This document shows positions 59,946 through 64,000 of a DNA stretch of 64,000 bases, piece by piece. Under the pieces are notes generated by a model. It had not been told where the DNA came from. It worked only from the letters and a program-made list of their open reading frames with translations, and made no database searches. Both the position numbers and the translations under genes were made by a program. Position 1 is the stretch's first letter; each line of letters begins with the position of its first letter. This DNA is from Epithemia pelagica (taxonomy: Eukaryota; Protista; Bacillariophyta): assembly GCA_946965045.2 (NCBI GenBank), contig OX337237.1, positions 496,001-560,000 on the forward strand, written 5' to 3'.

Positions 59946-60367
59946 AAGAACCCTCCTGTCCTCGTGATACTCGGACTTGAATAGAACAGACCCAAAGCAA
60001 GCAGTGTGACACGGTGGTAGCCAGTTGCTTCTGTTCTATTCTTGTCGCGAGATTGCTTGGACAACCAACCAACCCCTGGTTTTGGAGTAGCAAATTCTGG
60101 CACCGATTGTTGGATCACAACGAACAAGACGCTACACATAAAGCGCGTCGTAGTGTATTCCTTCGATTTGGTTGTTGTTTTGTTACCACCAGAGTTCAGG
60201 ACCAAACCAAAGACGCTACACAATTCAGCGCACACTTTTTACTGTTTAGACAAGTACACAAGGTTGTCTCAAAGACGCTACAATTAAAGCGCTTCCTCGA
60301 CTACCCTTGTTGTTGTTGTTGTTGAAACAAAGACGCTACACAAAAAGCGCATCGTGACAAGTACAAA

Positions 60368-63300
60368 ATGGCGGGCAACCGCATCAAGGGCCCTCGCTAC
60401 AAAAAACCACCGACCGCCAAGAATCCTGGTGACCCTTCTTCAATGAATGATGAAGTGCGAAACAAAAGAAAGGACGTGTCGACTATGATTGTTTCTGGTA
60501 CCAATCATACACTTCGAACACACACAAGCGAGGAATCTCACTACACCGGTATTATGCCCATTACATACGAAAGTGTCCTCAATTGGTATGAAAGTGTTTT
60601 CCAAGACAAATCAGGAAAATGGACAACAGTGGAGGTACCACATGACGGCCATTATGTGAAGATATTCCTACCAATCTGTTATTCGCCTGCATTCCAAGAT
60701 ATCATCTGTCACTCCGTTTTCTGTTTCACAAGAATTAAGAACGAGATGGATGATGATGACAAGTTGACTCCAATGGTTGCTCGACTGTTGTTCAAAAAGA
60801 CTCTCTACAGTCCTGTTTCCAATATTTGGAATCAGGCATTTGGGACGACAGTGATAGACGGTGCTGAGAATCTGAGACAAACCATTATCAGATTTCTTTC
60901 CTCTCATGGCTTAGTCTCTAAGAAGACACGCAAGGGGATCGGTGGGATTGGAGAAGCATTGAAACGATACCTTCTAGATGATTCCTCCCTTTACAGGAAA
61001 CCGCGTCTCGTACCTGTTGGTAAAATCGCATGGGTTATCGAACATATGGTGGCCATACACCGTTTCATCTCAGAATCGACATCGGACGAGAACATGGACG
61101 TGATTTCCAATATCCAAATGGAGAAAGCACTGTTGTATACGATGCCTGACACATGGTTCAAGATGTACCTTGAAGAAAGAGATTCTTTGGTACAATATGG
61201 AAGAAACGGAGACGATGGCGGTATGTTCTACGATCTACTGCATTATATAGAAAAACAAGAGGTACTGTCTGCCAGGAAATCGAAAGAAATTGCCGTGCAA
61301 CGTCGGAGTATAGACTCGCCGGCAAAAAAGAGACAGAAGGTCGTCGCTGGTAATGATCCTACTGACGAGAAAAAGGATCAAGTACTACCAACTTCCATTA
61401 CAACGTCGAACCAAGTTGCCCTCAAATCAGACCGTGTGGAAGAGGTCAGGAAGATTATAAGCGACGACAATGAAAAAACCGCAGACAACGAGGTAAGATG
61501 TTCGAGCGACTTGCCAAGAATCGAGAAGGATTAGACAATCTCAAAAATGATTGATCTCTTTGTCTTAGAGACGTTGTGCTTCCATAAACAAGGGAATTGA
61601 GGAGACAGGTGATGGTGTGGTACCACAGCCTTTCATTGAAATTCCACACGTTCTTGATCCTATAGTAAACCAGAAGAGAAGAAAAGACTCATGGGACTCG
61701 AATGAATCAATCGACAACATTGGTGACGGTTACTTGGACAAGTTTGCGGAAAAACAAACTAACAGAAACAACGAGAACATCAAGTCGGCCATGAAGCTAG
61801 CAACCCAGTATGCTAAGAGTATGGGGAAGGACAACACGCATGTCGAAATCAAGACATTATTTAGGTGCACACTATGCATGTCTTACAGTGGGTTGATGAA
61901 TGACCAGGACCCTACAACGCGTGTTTTGCATATCCCACATAGACATCGTCGGAGAGATCTTTGCTACAACACTTCAAGGACGGGCATGCCGATTGAGTCT
62001 TTCTATACTTGTTTGAAATTGATGGTCCATCACAACCATCAGAACCTAGTATATGTTGACAAAGTAACATTCGATGAAGCAAACAGGAACCCATTTCCTA
62101 AGAAAATTCCTATGTCATCATGGAGACAACAGGATCCGAACACACTGATATTGGCGATCATTGCCTTGACAACAGCAACTGATGTCAGCGACCCAGCTTT
62201 ATTGGCTTTCGAAATCGACAAAAAGATACTTCATATCTACGAACCAATACATAATCGATCAGACCAATACTGGGAAGGAACGACGCGTCATGTACTACGG
62301 AAATGGGACCTGGTCAATACGTCAAAAGGTGCCCCGCCTGTCAGTCTATGTTATGACCCATCATTAGTGGAAGAAGATGAAACAACACATGATACAAACA
62401 AGGAATGTAACAAGTGGCGATATCGCATTGTGAAAATGCCAGAACCTAAGAAGGATACTCCAAAGCCAATGCCACAAGCTATTGTGATCAGAATGCTTGG
62501 AAACATAATGAGTAGTCGACCAAACCCGGGTCGGAAAGAAGGTCAGATAGACAAGAGTATGACGATATCCAATTGTTTTTCGAGTAATCAAATACGGTAC
62601 AATAATGAATTTTCGAGAGGACTAGAGCATGCTGTTGAAGGCAATTCGATTTCTCCTTTGGTGTTGGGACCTGACAATTTCGATGGCAACAGCGACGACG
62701 ATCCTGTTGAAGTGGGGTTTTCACGTGGTACCGATAAATACGAATACCAGGAGAACGTCGATCTATCTGATGGTGGGTGTTCAGAGACGTGGACTACGGA
62801 TGGTGACATATTGTTCATACCGTGCCCGAGGGTGGGATTAGAACCCAAGGAGGTGTTACTTGACTCCAAACTTTCCAAGAGAGATATAAATCGATTGCTA
62901 CCGACCGTTGTATATTGTCCAGATTCTTGTGTATGCTGTAACAGGGCATTGAAAACAGATACAGACAGCGAAGTCTGTACCCTCATCCCATGTGGACATC
63001 TGGTTCACGGAAATTGCTTACGAATACGGTTCAAGTATCATAATGTATGGTGTCCCCAGTGTGGACAAAAGATCAAGAGTAACATCCACATGTTTGGTGC
63101 GGAGAAGATAGAGGGACACAAGAAAACAGCGGAAGACACTACAACTACGAGCGAGGGATTCCCTCAAGAGGGACATAGGAAAACAGTCAAAGACACTACA
63201 ACTACGATTGAGGGACGCCCTGAAGAATCATCAAAAAAAACACCCGTGAGTAACAAGCCATCAACACTAGAACAAAGAGGAGTTGAGACAAAATACAAGC

Positions 63301-64000
63301 CCGAGGTTTGTTCGATTTGTATGACCAGAAAAGTGGATTGCGAACTGTTTCTTTGTAGACATACATTTTGTCGGGAATGTGTTGGAGATTGGATGCAGCG
63401 GGGCCACAACACATGTATGGTGTGCAGCCAGGATATTCAAAGTCTATTGTACTTCTGTCCTATGACACGTTCTGTTCAAAGAACATATACTCATCCTTCT
63501 GAACACAAAGCAATCTATCAGTCACCAGAGGGTGAGAAGCCTAAATACCAGCAATGGGGAGGAAATAACTCATCACGTTCCGTTGCAATGCCTGCGAATT
63601 GGGGTAACCGGAGTGAGCTGCCTGAAGAAAGACATAGAACAGAGCAAACCCAACATGATAACGAAAGAACCAAGGACAAGAGAGAGAATCCACATGGGCT
63701 GTGGGGAGGACGGAATCAGAACAACGTCCTATCGACAACTCGAAGCCCCAGAACAAATGAGTGGGGTTCGCTACCTGAACATGACAGACCAGTGTATTGT
63801 AAGCATGGACAGAATCGATTCAATGATGATCATCCAGGATCGAGAGGATCTAATACATCGGATTATCATGGGTCTCGTCATTCACATTTCGATCAAGATA
63901 ACCAACAAACTAGAAGAGGAGTCATTGAACGACAAGACCAACATGGATACCATGATAACCACCAAGACGAGTCTAGAGGGAGAAGAGATCAAATCATGGA
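60368..64000 (+). CDS. Large spliced gene (exon 1 60368-61492, exon 2 61569 to beyond 64000) with RING-H2 and C3HC4 RING fingers and a possibly gag-like N-terminal domain
   Basis: I translated the frame from 61569 to the window end by hand and found no stop (about 810 codons). A phase-0 intron AG|GTAAGA...ctctttgtctTAG joins it to the 60368 ORF. RING-H2 at 62928-63062; RING-HC at 63309-63425. Confidence 0.72.
61493..61568 (+). other. Predicted 76-nt GT-AG intron
   Basis: GTAAGA donor, pyrimidine tract and TAG acceptor, phase 0 on both sides. Confidence 0.7.

Overview
Eukaryotic DNA, most likely from a diatom or related stramenopile. This is inferred from CoDi-type copia elements, GT-AG introns and an ASAFAP-like bipartite presequence. 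Positions 1-56682 are a head-to-tail tandem array of six near-identical units. Each unit carries a ~865-872 aa P-loop NTPase plus restriction-endonuclease-fold gene resembling the Crinkler/RHS (CR) class, followed on the minus strand by decayed host-gene relics (a REX1/REXO5-like DEDDh exonuclease and possibly a PP28-like fragment). The gene occurs with two mutually exclusive 5' modules in the order A,B,A,B,B,A. Module A (2539 bp) is a 5'-truncated CRE-like LINE plus a signal peptide and plastid-type transit peptide. Module B (~540 bp) is a spliced, Arg-rich, mitochondrial-presequence-like leader. A ~31-aa hypervariable cassette lies just behind the leader. The array is invaded by three unrelated Ty1/copia elements. 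One is intact with an extra ORF. One is defective, shows a gag-UGA-pol readthrough signal and contains a nested mariner. One shows only an LTR and gag. The last 5.7 kb hold a hairpin-motif repeat array and a large spliced gene with two RING fingers that runs off the window and is absent from the ORF track. All domain calls are motif recognition by eye; no searches were run.
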